Shown here piece by piece: positions 29,356-44,704 of a stretch of DNA of 64,000 nucleotides (positions are counted from its first letter, which is position 1; each line of letters opens with the position of its first letter). The DNA is taken from the NCBI GenBank assembly GCA_951406725.2, contig OX597828.1:9920001-9984000 (forward strand). Reading direction: 5' to 3'. This stretch comes from Octopus vulgaris. Taxonomy: Eukaryota. The position numbers and the translations under genes were made by a program. The notes under the pieces were generated by a model. The model made no database searches, was not told where the DNA came from, and was given only the letters and a program-made list of their open reading frames with translations.

Positions 29356-30009
29356 TTTTGCGAGTGATATAATACTAATAGTTATACATTCGTTACTAAG
29401 AGTTATATATTATATTCTGTTGTACTATATTTTGTGCTGTATGTCATTATAGTAAATGCTTACTTGTCAAATTACAGATGAGTAATATGGAATCAGTAAC
29501 AATATTTAAGACACCCAGCTTTTCTTTCCATTTTTAACAAAATAGCTATTAATACTCCAGGTAATTTGTAAGACTTGGTCCTCAATGTAAGCCTTGTGAG
29601 TGTTGTTTATTAAGAGTTACATTCATCCGGCGCATTACTATTTGAATTTAACTCCTATCGAGGCAACTTTGTCTTTCAGCCTTTCAGAAGAAAAATAAAG
29701 CATTAGCTATATACTAGTTTCAATATAACATATTTTGCATTCTCTTCGAAATTGCTGGCTATGTGCCAAAACTAAAGAAATAATTATGAGGTACATTGTC
29801 AACAGTGCAGTACCTTCTTTGATCTATGGATGGGCAGCCATTAATATGAAGGCAAATTGCAATAACTATCCAAACATAAGCTTCATAATCTTTTCAGAGA
29901 ATACCTATTTGTTTTTCGACGTGTAAGGTAAACTGTTTAAAGATTTTTGTATTAAAATACACATCTTCTAAATCTCAATATATGTTACACATATTTCGTT
30001 GAAGTCAGA

Positions 30010-30684
30010 ATGTTAGTAACGCAAATTCTGTTATTCCGGTCACACATTGCATTTATAGAATGTGGATACGATGCGTTCAGAAACCGATTTTACCATGTAA
30101 ATAGATGAAGCTGTTATTCACTATGAATTGATAGATGTTAATATAAAACTTGATTGTACACGTACTCTGAGCTGGGGGGGGGGGGGGCAAGGTAATAATG
30201 AATTTTCTCCAGGTGATTTCCATGTCTGCCACATGATCTATTTTGTTACTATGACATTTGCAACACACATTATCGTTAAAGAATAAGAATATATATTGCT
30301 AATACACAGAGAATAAAAGTATTTCACCTTTTAAACGAGATCAAACAACTTGCTAAAAGATAACTGCCTCATATAATATCAGAAGACCTGATATGTGTAA
30401 TCAGTGTAAATTTTAAATAGGAATTTTGAATAGTTGTAAATTACCCTTATAACATAGGGGACAACTATGATTGCAGTTGCACACTAATAACTATCATTGC
30501 TAGAGACAGAGAAAAATCGGCCAATGTTTCTTAAAACTACACCTTTGTAACTGAAATCTATATATCTATCGATATATCTTCCTCTAATATATAGATACAG
30601 AAATTCGCTTTCACATGAACATACACACACACACACATGAACATACACACTTACATTCATACATCCATACATATATATGTATAT

Positions 30685-30766
<82 letters not shown>

Positions 30767-31568
30767 GGTGGAAGTTACTTGCTCAGCAGTGAGATCGATT
30801 CCACGTTCATGTTGTTCGGAAACAGGGGTTTACTAACCACCGATTTAAATTTGAGTGATTTGGATGCAACACGTTTCATGTTACGTTATTGTCCTAAATA
30901 TTGTCTGTTATCTGTCCTTGGTTTACGTGAGCTTTCAGAAAAGGTGCTGAATCTGCTTGAAACACGTGTTGTGTTTCAGTGCATCCGTCACCCACCGAGG
31001 GCTTAACAACTATCTTCCTCATCCTCATTTTTTTTTCAACTTGCTAAAACCAGAAAAAAGGTTATATTGGTGGGGAGTATTAAACTTGTTAATTAATCAC
31101 TAGGGAGCCATCAAACTATTTTCTGTATCTTTGCAGACGTGAATTGACCTCTTCTGAATACATACGCCTTGTACCTAATGTCCTCGTGCATCGCAGTTCT
31201 GATAGTACACTCTGACACCTGACGCTATAAGGTGATAGCCCTTTGAATTTTCGGGATCATTATGGTGGATGTATTGAACTCCTTGTATGAATTGCGACAT
31301 ATACAATGTCCAAACGTCTAGAAAATTATTTCTTATTCTCTTTGATACAGGGAAAACATTCTCGCCTGATGATTCTACCTCCATCCAAAATTTAAAAACA
31401 AAATCTTACAAGGTTCAGACATTTGACAAGTGTGGCAATAATGTCATCTCATTTGTTGTGTTAGAATTTTATCTGTAATAGGTTATCTGAAAGAAAGAAA
31501 AAAAACTACTTATTGTAACAGGAGATTAAAATACTGATAACCAATTACTCTCACGTGTATCCCTCGCA

Positions 31569-31609
<41 letters not shown>

Positions 31610-32515
31610 CATACATACATATATATCATATATATGCAGATGTGCGTATGTGCATTAATTTTTTTCTCCCTGCTCCTTTATTACAATATATTGTAACCCT
31701 TGGATTTCATCTCAGTATGCAACCAGTATTAGATTTTACTTATTAAAACCTTTTTCAGTGACACATCTTTGTGAAATGGTTTTAAATGTTCTGTTTGGAG
31801 CAAAATATTTCATAAAATGTCCAGAAGTTACCTAATCAATGCTTGCTTAAGTCATAAGATTTGTTAATGAAATGCAAATTCAATGGAATGTTACGTTAAA
31901 CATTTTCTTTTTATAGCATCTTTCTATTCGGCTCCTGCTTTTGCCTTCCTTTTTGTTTTGCATTAGCGCTTATTTTCAATTATTTATATATTTATTATTT
32001 TTTCTTTGTATTTTACTATGTTGACATTGCATGGTTGATGTAGTGTAACCGCGTACTTCAAATATATACACGTAGAAAACCTACCACATTGGCGTGTTGC
32101 ATCTAAACGAAACCGCCATGTTAGCAAACAATCCATGCCATGCTAAATAATTTTGTTGTTTTCTCCACCTACTCTTTCAGTATATACACAGTTGACAAGA
32201 CAGGCTCTACCGTCTTCATAAATACGTTGCCTTCCGATACTATTTGTGTTCCATTGGTAAGATTTTATTGATTTACAGAGTATTAACCACCGTATTTTAC
32301 AGTGAAGATATAAGTGTTTGTATGCAGCTCGCAAACAGTGTACATTGTTTTCACGGTCACTGGTGGTTTACTTTTACAGAAGCAATATAGCTTTCTCTCT
32401 AGTAATCATTCAGTTGGTAAGGCTACTCTGTTTACTCACTCATGAATGGATGTTGACTCAAATTTATGAACACTGGTTCAGTAGTTCAAGCAGTAATTTT
32501 GGGGACGCATTCTAG
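30010..32515 (-). pseudogene. Decayed FN3-FN3-Ig fragments (three segments)
   Basis: ~32515-32285: TTEPVFINLSQH...TMYTVCELHTNTYIFTVK. ~31487-31130, after a strong tttttttctttctttcag acceptor: VFKFWMEVE...RKFKGLSPYS...YSEEVNSRL. ~30270-30040: MEITWRKF..LP..RVRVQSS...STFYKCNV. Confidence 0.5.
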
Positions 32516-34120
32516 AAGCGTCCATCCATATTGTGTTGCTGAATTCTTACAAGAAATTTTGAGCTATACTTGCAGTTTATTGCATTTTTCTCAACTCACA
32601 ATTTTTTCATTGCAGAGATGAATCTATGTTCCATTATTTCTTCAAGAATAATTTAATATTCTATCGCGTTGACGTATTTGTTTTAACTTACCTTACTTTT
32701 TTCTGTTCCATCTGAATTCTTGTGTTTACCTGTTGAAAATTGTCCCTTGCAAACAGTAATTTTGCACTCATCTATTTTTCTATTGTTGTTCTCTACAGAT
32801 TGACCTGGAATTTGACTGTAAGAAGCAGTTCTTATTGCTAAGTTTCTGTTAGAGATGCGGTAAGTACGGAGTTCGTTCCTTTCTATGTTAAGTTAGTTCT
32901 AAACTATTTTCCGATCCGCCATTATATGTGATAATTGTATTTTATCTTTGGATGTTTTTAGTAGTTTTACTGTAATATCTTATTTTATCTGTCTTTCTTC
33001 GTCTGTTTGTCAGACTAGGTATGTTCCTAATGCGTCGTGAGTTCGTTTATTGTTAATACAACCAAATTAGTAATGATTTTATTCATTTTCACGAACTTTT
33101 AGCTTTGTACGTGGTGAATAACATTGTGTTTCGCGGATTCGTTCATTCTTCATTTTTATTTTTAATCTACATCGTTTTTGATGTAATTTTTCTGTCATTT
33201 TACTATATATTATAATAGAATTAATGTTGAGAAAACGACTATGATCACGGTCTTCTCAGGTACTGCGGTCAATATCATCGACTTACCCCTCCACACAAAT
33301 TTCAGGCTTTGTGCCTATTGTAGCAAGGGTTATTATTATTATTCTGTGAGAAAGAAGCGCAAGCCACCAAAGTAACACTGGGGTACAAATATACGAAGCC
33401 ATCTATACCCATCATGAATATCCGTATGATAAGGGTACATCTGGTACATGCATAACAACCATATGTTCGGGACATGGTGAATTCATATCAAGATAAACAG
33501 CGCAGGATCAAGCTGGCAGAATCGTTAACGCTTCAAGAAAACGCTTCCCTTAATTTTATCTGTCTTTACTTTCTGAGATTAAATTACAGTGATGTCGACT
33601 TTGCTTCTCCGCCTTTCACGGTCGATAAAGTAAGGAACGTTTGATCACTGGGATCCCTGTAACCGACTTAATCCCACCTCCGAAATTACTGGCCTTGCGC
33701 CAAACTTTAGAACCACTATTATTGCGATTATGCTACTAAACAAAATGATGACGCGAAATATTTTGATATTAATAATTATGAATTTAGAGAATAAACTCCG
33801 TGATGTACGTCAATAATTACCCATGTAAATCAGTCAAATATAATGAGCATGACTCTTCATGCACTTTGTATGAAAGATATATAGCTATGATATCAATCAG
33901 CAAATAATGCCTACATTTTTTGTCGTTTATATTTTAGGTTTACAAAAAAAAAAGGAACAGAATTTGTAATTAATTTTCTACGTATTTGGTTCCCTGATTC
34001 ATTTACTACCTGACAAGAAATGGCGTGCGTAATTAATCAGCTTAATTAAACACTAATTAAATATATTTGATATACTATGTCCCAAATATATTATAGAGTC
34101 TATAAGAATGAATACGTAAT

Positions 34121-34165
<45 letters not shown>

Positions 34166-34546
34166 ATCTTTATGTATGTTTGTATGCATGTATGAATGCA
34201 TAAATATCAATACACACTTATATATAGTTTGGGGATTAATTATTTGTATTATTTATCCCTGCATTAATATTTTGTTAGTGACTTTAGAAGGTCAAAGCAC
34301 TCAACTACAGTCACCCAATCTTTCATTAATTAAACAGATGACTAAAAGAACAACCGGGATGTTGATATTTTTATTATCAATATTGTTATGTTTGTTAATA
34401 TTCTTAATGCTATTCTAAGAATTAATAATAATTATAATTAAAACCTTATGTTAATTATCCTTGTTATTCTTAGACTTATGTTATTATAAAAAAATTTATA
34501 AAAACCCTGATAATTTTTATTTTTCTGAAAGTAATATAACGGAGAT

Positions 34547-34608
<62 letters not shown>

Positions 34609-34861
34609 TGTAGTAGTAAGGAGGGAAGGAAGGAAATAAGTAATATATTTAATACTAAATTTAGTTCTATGTAATTAAGGTTTTAATTAAACACTAATTC
34701 TAAATAATTTTCACAAAATATATACCGAATATGGTCTACTATTCCACATTATATATGTCTATATGTGTGCACCTTTATATACTACTACTGCTACTGCTAC
34801 TACTACTACTACTAAAACCACTACTGTTTCCGCTGCTGTTGCTACTGCTGGTGCTGTTGCT

Positions 34862-35271
34862 GTTTGTTTGCTTGTTTGCGTGTTGAGCGAAGCGGTCTTC
34901 GTCCCAGAGCTCGAAAGATCGCGCCTCAGGATTGTCTGTAGAAGTCCGAAACGTGGTCCTTTGCTATTCGTAAGACTCGCAGAAGAGAAAGCAGGTCAAC
35001 CCCCGACACCGAGAGCATCGACGGATGGATGAATGCGTATTCAGGCTCAGCAGTTGCATAGGAAGTCGAGGATAAGAAACAGGAAGAAAGAGTGAGAGAA
35101 AGTTGCAGCGAAAGAGTACAACAGGGGTCGCTACCACCCCCTACCGGAGTGTCGTGGAGCTTTAGGTGTTTTCGCTCAATAATCACACACAACGCCCGGA
35201 CTGGGAATCGAAACCGCGATCCTCCGACCACAAGTCTGCTGCCCTAACCATTGGGCCATTGCGCCTCCACT
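34862..35271 (-). mobile_element. tRNA-derived SINE family C, full length
   Basis: A box tggcccaatgg, B box ggtttcgattccc, (CAAA)n tail; head shared with 62412-62600. Confidence 0.85.
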
Positions 35272-35556
35272 GCTGTTGCTACTGTTGCCCCTGCTATTAT
35301 TAAAGGTGGTGAATTGACAGATGTTGCCGTGCTTCAGGTTCGGTGTTCCAAAATATCCTGTGGTATACATTATATCGTTTTGCGTCCTTGTTTCAAGTCA
35401 TGATATCAATTAAAACTATTTATACCAGGTTGATAAAACATAGTACCCGATATTGGCACAAATATTGGAGTGAATACTATCGACAATACTCCTTCTTCTA
35501 AAATTAACTGGGCTTGTACCTTGATCAAAACCCATTAATATTATTATCATTCTTAT

Positions 35557-35998
35557 TGAGGGAGAGAGCTACGCATGCCTTCAAAGTAACACCAGATAGA
35601 GTCATGGTAACCTCATATCAAAGAAACAGCGCATGACTTTGCAGGTGAGGCTTGTTAGGATTTTCTCCACGTCGATTTGCCCATCTCACTCAAAAGATTT
35701 CTGGTTAAAAGCTTTTTAAGCATAATGAACGAAACCCCCATGTTCCCCGTGGTGAATTATTCAAATTCCAAATAATTCCTCTCAAAATTTGGCTATGATG
35801 TTCCCACTCTACTCCTCCTTGTGATCAGCGATGCATATATCGTCAACCACTAAGGATCATGCTCAACTGGTAAAGGTCAAACAACTGACAAACAAATGGT
35901 ATTGAATAAAATATTTGTTGTAACCCATCTTTTACTCCAAGATAAAACATGCGTGTGATAACACTCCCAGCCAGTTGAGATAAGCATCCCTGAGAGAC
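35557..35998. mobile_element. Diverged inverted copy of the 990-1530 repeat
   Basis: Colinear reverse-complement similarity, e.g. gtgatcagcgatgcatatatcgtcaaccactaaggatcatgctcaactggt. Confidence 0.8.
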
Positions 35999-36299
35999 AC
36001 TAACATCAGTTGAAGGAAATCTACTGCAACAACAACGTTTACGAAGGCAGAAGCGTCATCACAGACTACGGTAGTACCTGTAATAGGACAGCAGCTGTAA
36101 CTACAGTAGCACAGTAGCAATAGTGGTATCGAAAGTCGTAGCAACATCTGCTTCTATAACATTAAAGTCAAATAATGGAGCAGTGGATGCAGCGACTAAA
36201 CAACCGCGCCAGAAGAACATTCACTAGCGGCACCATTAGTAAGGTTTACTTTGCTCAAGTATCTTCCACAAATGAGCTATAAACTTTCCACCTGGGGGG

Positions 36300-38240
36300 C
36301 ATGTGAACCAAAGTGGTGAACGCTGCTTAATTTTTAAAAAGTTGAAGGGGAAATGCAGTTTCCCTCCACCAATGAAGATTTACTTACAAGAGCTAGAAAG
36401 GCAGAAATTGATTTCTCTGTGTGATTAAAAGTTCGTTGTGTAGAGAGTACTACAAACACACAATCCCTTAGTGGCATAGGGCAATATAGAGTCCATCACA
36501 TTTCAAAAATAAATTATTACCTGCCGCAGTGATGACTTCATTCACTTTACCAAATAAAAACGAGGAGAGAGACAAACAGCATGATGGATCCCACCAAACA
36601 TTTGTCTCTTTGGACAGTCTATCTATTTTTAAAGACCAGTTACGTTTGCTGGATATCGAGAACCCGAAATAGGAAAAGAAGTTTAGGTCGATATTAAAGA
36701 TTGTTTTTAAATAAACAATCCTGAGCATTTGGAAAAGTGCAAGAACTTATCACCAGGTCCAATTGGGTGGATTTGCGAGTAAATGCGGGGGAAAATCCCC
36801 TGTGAAGAAAATATTGGTTATCAGAGAGCCTTCTGCTTACACAACCAAAACAAGAAATGCTGCAAGTGCCATCGCTTTACAAACAAATAGGTGCAAATGT
36901 TAAGTAGTTGCAGTAACAACAAAGAACATATTGGGTTGGTGCATAATTAATGCGGCTTTTTTTTCAACAAATTTATTCAACAAAAACATCTTAAATGACG
37001 GTCTGACCGTCTGTAAAGCAAATGGGAAGCAGTTATTGAAGTAGATGGGGAATATGCTCCGGAATAATCATTTAAAGATGTTTATTGTTACGTATTGATT
37101 TTGTTGAATAAAATTTGTTATAAAAAAGCCACAATAATTATGCAGCATCCCAATAATAAGGAGCAACAATAACAACATCAATATCGATATGAATATTAGC
37201 AGCTACAACAAAGCACAGCGGAGAAACTGCAGTCGTAACCGTAAACTTCAAAATAACAACTTCAACATCCAAGGAGTCAGTAGGTACACGTGCAATGGCA
37301 GAAAATATAAACGATTGCAACATAAAAAATCACTGTCCGGAGGATATCAAAACCTATCACTCCCTCTCTCTTCACTGTTCTTTCCAGTATGGATGCATCA
37401 ACATAGATGATCATACATAAGAAAAACATATCTGTTCTCATACAGTTCTGTATTTAAGACTTTTAGATCTAGTAGGCACTATGAACTCCATTTCTGTTTC
37501 ACGTTTGAAATGTTTGGATATGCTGGATATAGGGCACTAGACTACGAGGCTTTTCTGTTTTCGTCGGAGAATTCCGATCCGATAATCCTTTGTGATGAAG
37601 CATGGATAGGCAAGAAATGTTAGAATATAGAAAAATTAGGAATGAAAATGACAAAATACAAACGGCATCTATTCCACTTCGACATCAAATACTATCAGAT
37701 ACACAACAACAAACAAATAATAGCTGTAGCAACAAGGAAACATAAAAATAATAAGATAAACCGGCCGACAATAACACTAAACTGGCAAGAACTAAAACAA
37801 TAATAATATCTAAACAAGCAATTACACTCACAAAACAGTTCTCTCAAGTTGTGTTACGATGAAAGGTATATATAGATCTCTTCTCTTATATGGCAAAAAG
37901 TGGAGAAATAGAGTCTGAAGCTTTCAAAAATTAGAGCACAACTCACTAATGGCACCAACACTTGAGCATGCCAATCGATACGTATAGAACAGCGAGAGAG
38001 AGAGGATTTTAGCAAGACGATGGAATCACTAGTATTATACCAGTGAGCAGTGTACTTCAGGGATTCTTAATGAACATCATGCAGAGGTGTTTTCATACTA
38101 CAAGTTAAAGTGAGCAGCATTCTCTTATGTTCTGAGATTTGTTTACATAAATGCACATGGCATGTAGTCAACTTGGATGGAAGACATCGCAAAATAATCT
38201 GAGGTCACTTGCTATGGATCTCATAGCTATCAGCGAGAAA
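36300..38240 (+). mobile_element. Possible piggyBac transposase fossil in two pieces (~36300-36720 and ~38040-38240)
   Basis: Frameshifted motifs DFIHF, PTKHLSL-(D)..F-K..LRL...PK*EKKF and AFSYVLRFVYINAH, LRSLAMDLI resemble piggyBac LHF, LSxDE..FKGR..PxK..KFG and C-terminal NA motifs. Confidence 0.35.
36929..37155 (+). mobile_element. Mariner-derived MITE with long TIRs
   Basis: ta-ttgggttggtgcataattaatgcggcttttt ... aaaaaagccacaataattatgcagcatcccaa-ta; the interior encodes a transposase C-terminus KWEAVIEVDGEY. Confidence 0.85.
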
Positions 38241-38959
38241 AGATTCCTGACGCATTATTGGCATGCATTATGGAGGTCTCTCTCAGCCGACTTGGAATGA
38301 GTGGGAGGGACTTCTGATATAGTTTCAAAAATACATAAATACATACATGCATATATATATACATACAGAGAAACCTTAGATATGCTCCGTTGAGTTGACC
38401 TAAGTGATAACTCAGTAGTTCTGAATATGAACGGTAAATGCCTTACTATCAGTAGCGTTCGCCCCATCAGGAGAAATGTAGGCACATTTGTTCAGATGCC
38501 TGCGATCTTTTCCAAAACCACTTCTCGATATTTAGATCTCGTTGACATTATGAACCTCATTTCTGTTTCAGGCTTGAAATGTTTGGATACACTGGATATA
38601 TAGCGCACTGGACTGTGGAGCTTAAATCCCCGCAATTCTTCTTAGATTCTCTCAAAGACACTTCAAGAATTCCCCGACGCGAAGAAACAATGTTGCGTAG
38701 TTACAGATGGGGCGAATGCCCGCACAAAGAATACCATTCGATGGACCAAGTATATCGTGTCGCCGCGATGCATCATTCATTCATACATTTTTTCATACAT
38801 ACATACATACATACATGCATACACACAGACACACACACACACACAATTGCACTTAGATACATACATACATATATATACACATATATACAAACATATATAT
38901 GTACATATGTATATATATATATATACACATTGTATATATGAATATACATATGCATTGTA

Positions 38960-39025
<66 letters not shown>

Positions 39026-39074
39026 TAAACTTATATATTTAAATAATTATATTCTTTTATCCTTTATTTCTGTT

Positions 39075-39304
39075 ACACTTTACACTCATTTGACTGCAGC
39101 CATGCTGGAGCACCACCTTCTGTTAAGCACATCGCCCCCAGGATTTATTCTTTGTAAGCCTAGTATGTATTGTATCGGCTCCTATTGCCGAACCACTAGG
39201 TTACGACGGCGTAAACACAAAATCATCGATTGCCAAGTGATAGTGGAGGACAGACACATACATCCTTATATATATATATATATATACATACATCATATAT
39301 ATAT

Positions 39305-39335
<31 letters not shown>

Positions 39336-39484
39336 CATCATGCTTCTTTCAATTTCCACTCACAAGGTTTGGCCAGCCCGAAGCTATAGTAGAAGACACT
39401 GGCGCAAGATGCCACGCAGGAGGACTGAACCCGGAACCATGTAGTCGGGAAGCAAGCTTTGTAGCACACAGCCACTCCCGTGCG
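39075..39484 (-). mobile_element. SINE family A, full length, diverged
   Basis: Colinear with other family A copies. Confidence 0.85.
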
Positions 39485-39744
39485 TGTGTATATAGAAAGT
39501 TATATGAATAATTACACATATGTTTGAGTGTGTGTGTGTGTGTGTGTGTGTGTACGCACATGTATAACGAGAGAGATAGAGACAAAGGAAAAAACAAGGG
39601 TTGATAGATAGATAAACAGACTGTACAGTGGATAGTGCGGTAATTAAACGATAGATATATTTATGCACATCCCTTTCTATATGTATATCTAGATCTATCT
39701 ATTTCTATGTATGTATATACGCATGCATATATATATATATATAC

Positions 39745-39933
39745 AGCATGACACATAGTCTGATGAAGCCGGCCCTTTGAAATACAGGTATTACTCATTT
39801 TCGCCAGCTTAGTGGATTGGAGTAACGTGAAATAAAGTATCTTACTGAAGAACACAACGCGTCACCGGGAAGTGAACTGACGACCTTACGATCGTGACCC
39901 GAAAGCCGTAACCACTAAGCCACGCGCTTTCCA
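39745..39933 (-). mobile_element. SINE family B variant, 5' part
   Basis: tRNA-Arg-like head (gtggcttagtggtta...cacgatcgtaaggtcg) and CORE-like segment. Confidence 0.75.
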
Positions 39934-40515
39934 CACACATGTGTGTGTGTGTGTCTTTGCATATGTGTGTGTGTGTGAGTGTGTGTGTAGGTGCGTGCGT
40001 CATTACTTAGGTTATAACTCTGAATGGTGCATACGTATATTTCAATTTGTATATGTGTATAACCCGTCCATTACGAGCAAAGGATTTTTCTTCTTTTTTT
40101 TTCTGTTATATTTATATATAATCTACACTTTTTTTCTCATTGCACTTTAACATCGCCTTTACCTGCTTCTCTCCCTTCCATCAGATAGGCTCCTACTACA
40201 CGCAGATAGATATATAATATCTATTATTCCTTGTACGTGTTTCTCACATTCTATATTTTTTTCATGTATGATCGTCGCAATTTCACCCAACTTGTTTCAT
40301 TCTCTGTCACTGAGCTTGATCTACCCTAGCTTATTTCTGCGTTTCCGCTGTTTTAAATGTTTTATTCTTCGACTCAAATTTTTATTTATTTATTTTTCAT
40401 TTACCCTATTCTTTCTTTCTCTTACTTTCCATTTTCCCGTGGAATCATTCTTGTATACTATGTATGTGCATTTACAGATATATACATATAAATATACACA
40501 CATATATGCACACAA

Positions 40516-40558
<43 letters not shown>

Positions 40559-40582
40559 AATCTTTATATATATACCAATATA

Positions 40583-40656
<74 letters not shown>

Positions 40657-40763
40657 TGTGTGTGTATGTGTGTATGTGTTTGTGTGTAAATATATATATA
40701 TAGAGAGTGAGACAGATAGACAGAAATAGAGAGAGAGACAAATATATTTATATATATATATTT

Positions 40764-40795
<32 letters not shown>

Positions 40796-41760
40796 GTGTA
40801 TATGTATATATGCATACATACACATACGCATATATACATATACATACACGCACACAGACACACACACATATATATACATACATACATACATAGAGATGGG
40901 CAGGATGTAATACCCTTCATGTATGTCCTGTCTCATGATATATATATTACACACATTCATATGTACGAACATGTATATGTGTCTGTTCCTATTGTGTGGC
41001 ACGTGGCAGAATGCACATAGTTCCGTGAAACAATATTAGTGGAGATATATGTTATTACTCCCCAATCTGTCAATTTAAAGAGACATTTCATCCTAATGCT
41101 GTGTCGATATACCCTCGTTTTCCTTTGCATGGTATTTCCTTCTTTTTTTTTCCCGTTTAAATTAGTTCGAGTAAATAACCAATGTCTGATCCAGGTAATT
41201 CCCAATTCGAAGTGGTCACGCACCCGGGAATTTCCTGAAAATCCCCTTCAGTGTAGACAAATACATTGATCCCTTTCTCAGTCGCACATTGAATTTGTTT
41301 AGGGCAGTTAGATTTTTTCTGTGACTTTTTATGTATGATAGAAATGATTCTACAGTAACATGCTAAATCATGCATATATAACACACATCATCCCATTTCT
41401 CAGCATCTTTTTCCTAGAATTCATAAATCAGTTTTTGATGAAATTAAATATTACGAGTTGGTTTCGTCATGTTTAATGCAAATAATCCAGAGTATATAAC
41501 TCTTCTATTTGGTCAGTATCCAGCTATTCCCACTCTCTAGAATATAGAAAATCCACCGTCAGTTAGTTGCATTCAGTAAGCAAATATATAAAAGTGATGT
41601 TAGTGGATGTTTCGCGTTTTATTGTAAAGTGTAATTCAAGGATTGGGAGTAAGTCTAAAACTGGTCACAGCTTGCATTTGTACAATGTGTAATTCTGCTG
41701 ATGAGAACGAAAACCGAACCTCTGTTCCTGAAATCGCTTCCCGTCAGATCCCAAACACTT

Positions 41761-41819
<59 letters not shown>

Positions 41820-43441
41820 TAAATATAGATATATAAATATATACATACATATATACATGCATACATACAAATGTATATATAAACAAATATAAAAGTAAAT
41901 GTGCATGCATCCATGTGTGTGTTTGTTTCTGTGTGAATGTGTGTGTGTATATATACATATATATGTATACAGACTCTAAAACTTTATATTGGTGTGATTG
42001 ACCAAATTGATAAAATGCCCACAGTAGGAGGACAAAAAATAGTATCTTTTTAGTGAAGCATTGTTTTGATTCTTCCGCTACCAAATATACATGTCACTGA
42101 GATCAAACAAGACTCAGAAAGACAGTGTACACCTGCTCATATGCTAAACTCACAGTATTTGCGAATGTCAAATATAAATGTCAACATTGAAATTTAGTAA
42201 TGGTTCATTAGAATAATTCTAATTGATATAGAAGACGGTGTCAGCATGGCTGTAGTTCCGTGAATGAAGTAAAACATAAAAGATAAATAAATGCAAATTC
42301 TTAGCTCCAGTTATCTCAATTATATTCGAAGCTTCAGTTACTGGATTTGGAGTGGAGAAAAACGTATTTTCAGCTTCTTCCTTTGAGATTGATGAAATGA
42401 TTTACATACCACTGAGGAGACCCCAATAAGTATCGAAAATAGGTTAAGGCTTTTTGTCAGTCTTTTTTTTTAATCTACCAGAAAATAGTTGTTTGGCCTT
42501 TCGTCATCTTTGTATGTATACTACGTTTTGATTTGGCTAATATATGTGCATGCGCGCGTGTGTGTACACACGCATGCGTACATCTATATTTATGTCTTTC
42601 TGCGTAAAAGTAGATATATAGTTATATGTGTATGTGCTGTTTATTTTATGGATACAGCATTGTTTAATTTAGAGATAACACGTTTGAAAGAGAAAATGTT
42701 CTCTTTATACACATACATCTGTACACATACATATTTGCACATAGCTGCTTAACCGTGTGTATTTTGTAGGCCTATGCTTGGTGTCACCGACTTAAATTTC
42801 ACTGAGATTGTCTCCGTATTCCGTATAACAATGCAAATTTGAAATGTCAGAAACTTTATTTTTAAGCTATAATATTATATTATAGCGCATACTTAATAGA
42901 ATATATCCACATATCTCAAATGACATTTTTTCAAATAAATATTCGGGAAAAATATGGACCTCAAAATTAGCTTCTGAAACCTATATGAAACCTTTCTCAG
43001 GAATCAGTTATTACCCTCCCCTCTTTCCCCAGCATTAAACCTCTCTCGCTGTTTGTCTCTTTCTCTCTCTCTCTCAATCTAGTCCCGCTTAATTTTTAGT
43101 TCCCTTCATTAATTCTGATACAGAGATAACAATAAGCATACATATATTCCTGCATACACGGGCATGTATGATACATATACACACATACGCACGGAGTGTG
43201 TGTGTGCGCGCGCGCATGTTTGTCTGTCTGTGACTATAACTTTATGCCTCTCTTTCTCTCTATCACATTAAAGTATATTCGTCTTTACATGTTAATCCAA
43301 TACATACACACACACACACACTCACTCAAACACACACACGTGTGCGTATAAATATAGATAGATAGATAGAGACCAAAGTGTACGTACGCCGCTATATATA
43401 TATAATACAAAGGGGGACAAGAACGCAAAACATCCGGACAT

Positions 43442-43485
<44 letters not shown>

Positions 43486-43638
43486 GTAGATATATAGCTA
43501 GATGGATAGGTAGATATATATATATATATATATATTCATATATACATATATATATATATAGATTCATATATACATATATATATATACGGATATAGAAATA
43601 CGCATAAGGATATTTCTATGTGAGTATGTATAGCTATT

Positions 43639-43671
<33 letters not shown>

Positions 43672-44639
43672 ATGCATTCTCCAGTTATATATATCTTGCG
43701 TTTTACTATCTCTCACTGTGCCCCATATTTTCTCTTCCTCTCCTTTTATTTCACATAACACTAAGTACTAAACGCTTTTATAAATATAAATAGAGTGATA
43801 AACTATTTCTTCGTCTTCTTAAATTATCTCTGATTTGATTTACCATTTATTAAGTTAGGCTCAGTTGCCTTTGCCAAAATTCTATTAGTAACAGTCTATG
43901 GTTTTGAAAGTATATTTTAGCCAGATTTCTAATCATATTTAGCAACAAACTCTCAAGACAAAATGCTCTGTAAAATTAACTGTCATTGCATTTCGTGACC
44001 CCCAATTCACCTCAACGCTTCTAAGACACCTGTCCGACACATTTTCATTTTCTTTCACATAATGATTATAAAGAAACGGTAAGTGATACAGACGGCAGGG
44101 TCGCGGGACTACACTGTACAGATCAAAACTCAACAACCTACTACACATACAATCAATTCTAAATTTGATATTATTATCAATATAATACGAAGTGCTTTCT
44201 ATAAAAGACTTATTCATTCTGAACCTCCACATAGTTAGTGAAGGAAAGTGTTTATTTTCATAAAGAACTAATTTCTACAATAAAAGGACTAATTTGGGAA
44301 AGGAAGAGAAAGAAAAAGGAGGAAACATGAACTTTCTTCGTGTTTTTCCTCGAATGCACAGGGAATAGTTGTCAGTAATGAAATATAATGAACACAAACA
44401 ATTTGCTAAGATACACTGATCGATAAAATTTGTGCCTTTGTTTTTGTTAATATCTACATATGCATACATACAAACAAAAGCATAAAAGTACACACATACA
44501 TACATATACATATATCTATGCACGCACGGGCATATGTATATATATATATATATATATATTCAAGGATATATATACAACTCATATATATGTATATGTGCAT
44601 GTATATATGTGTGCCTGTGTGTGTACATACACAAACATA

Positions 44640-44704
<65 letters not shown>

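Noticed and set aside
30930-30990. gaaacacgtgtt palindrome resembling hammerhead stem III
   Set aside because: No CUGANGA or compensated core upstream (cagaaaa at best); too degenerate to call.
32799-32859. Plus-strand exon with good acceptor and gtaagt donor
   Set aside because: Stops in all three frames and no partner exons identified.
39760-39795. ctgatga...gaaa hammerhead-like string
   Set aside because: Stems I and II do not pair; lies within a SINE body, probably chance.
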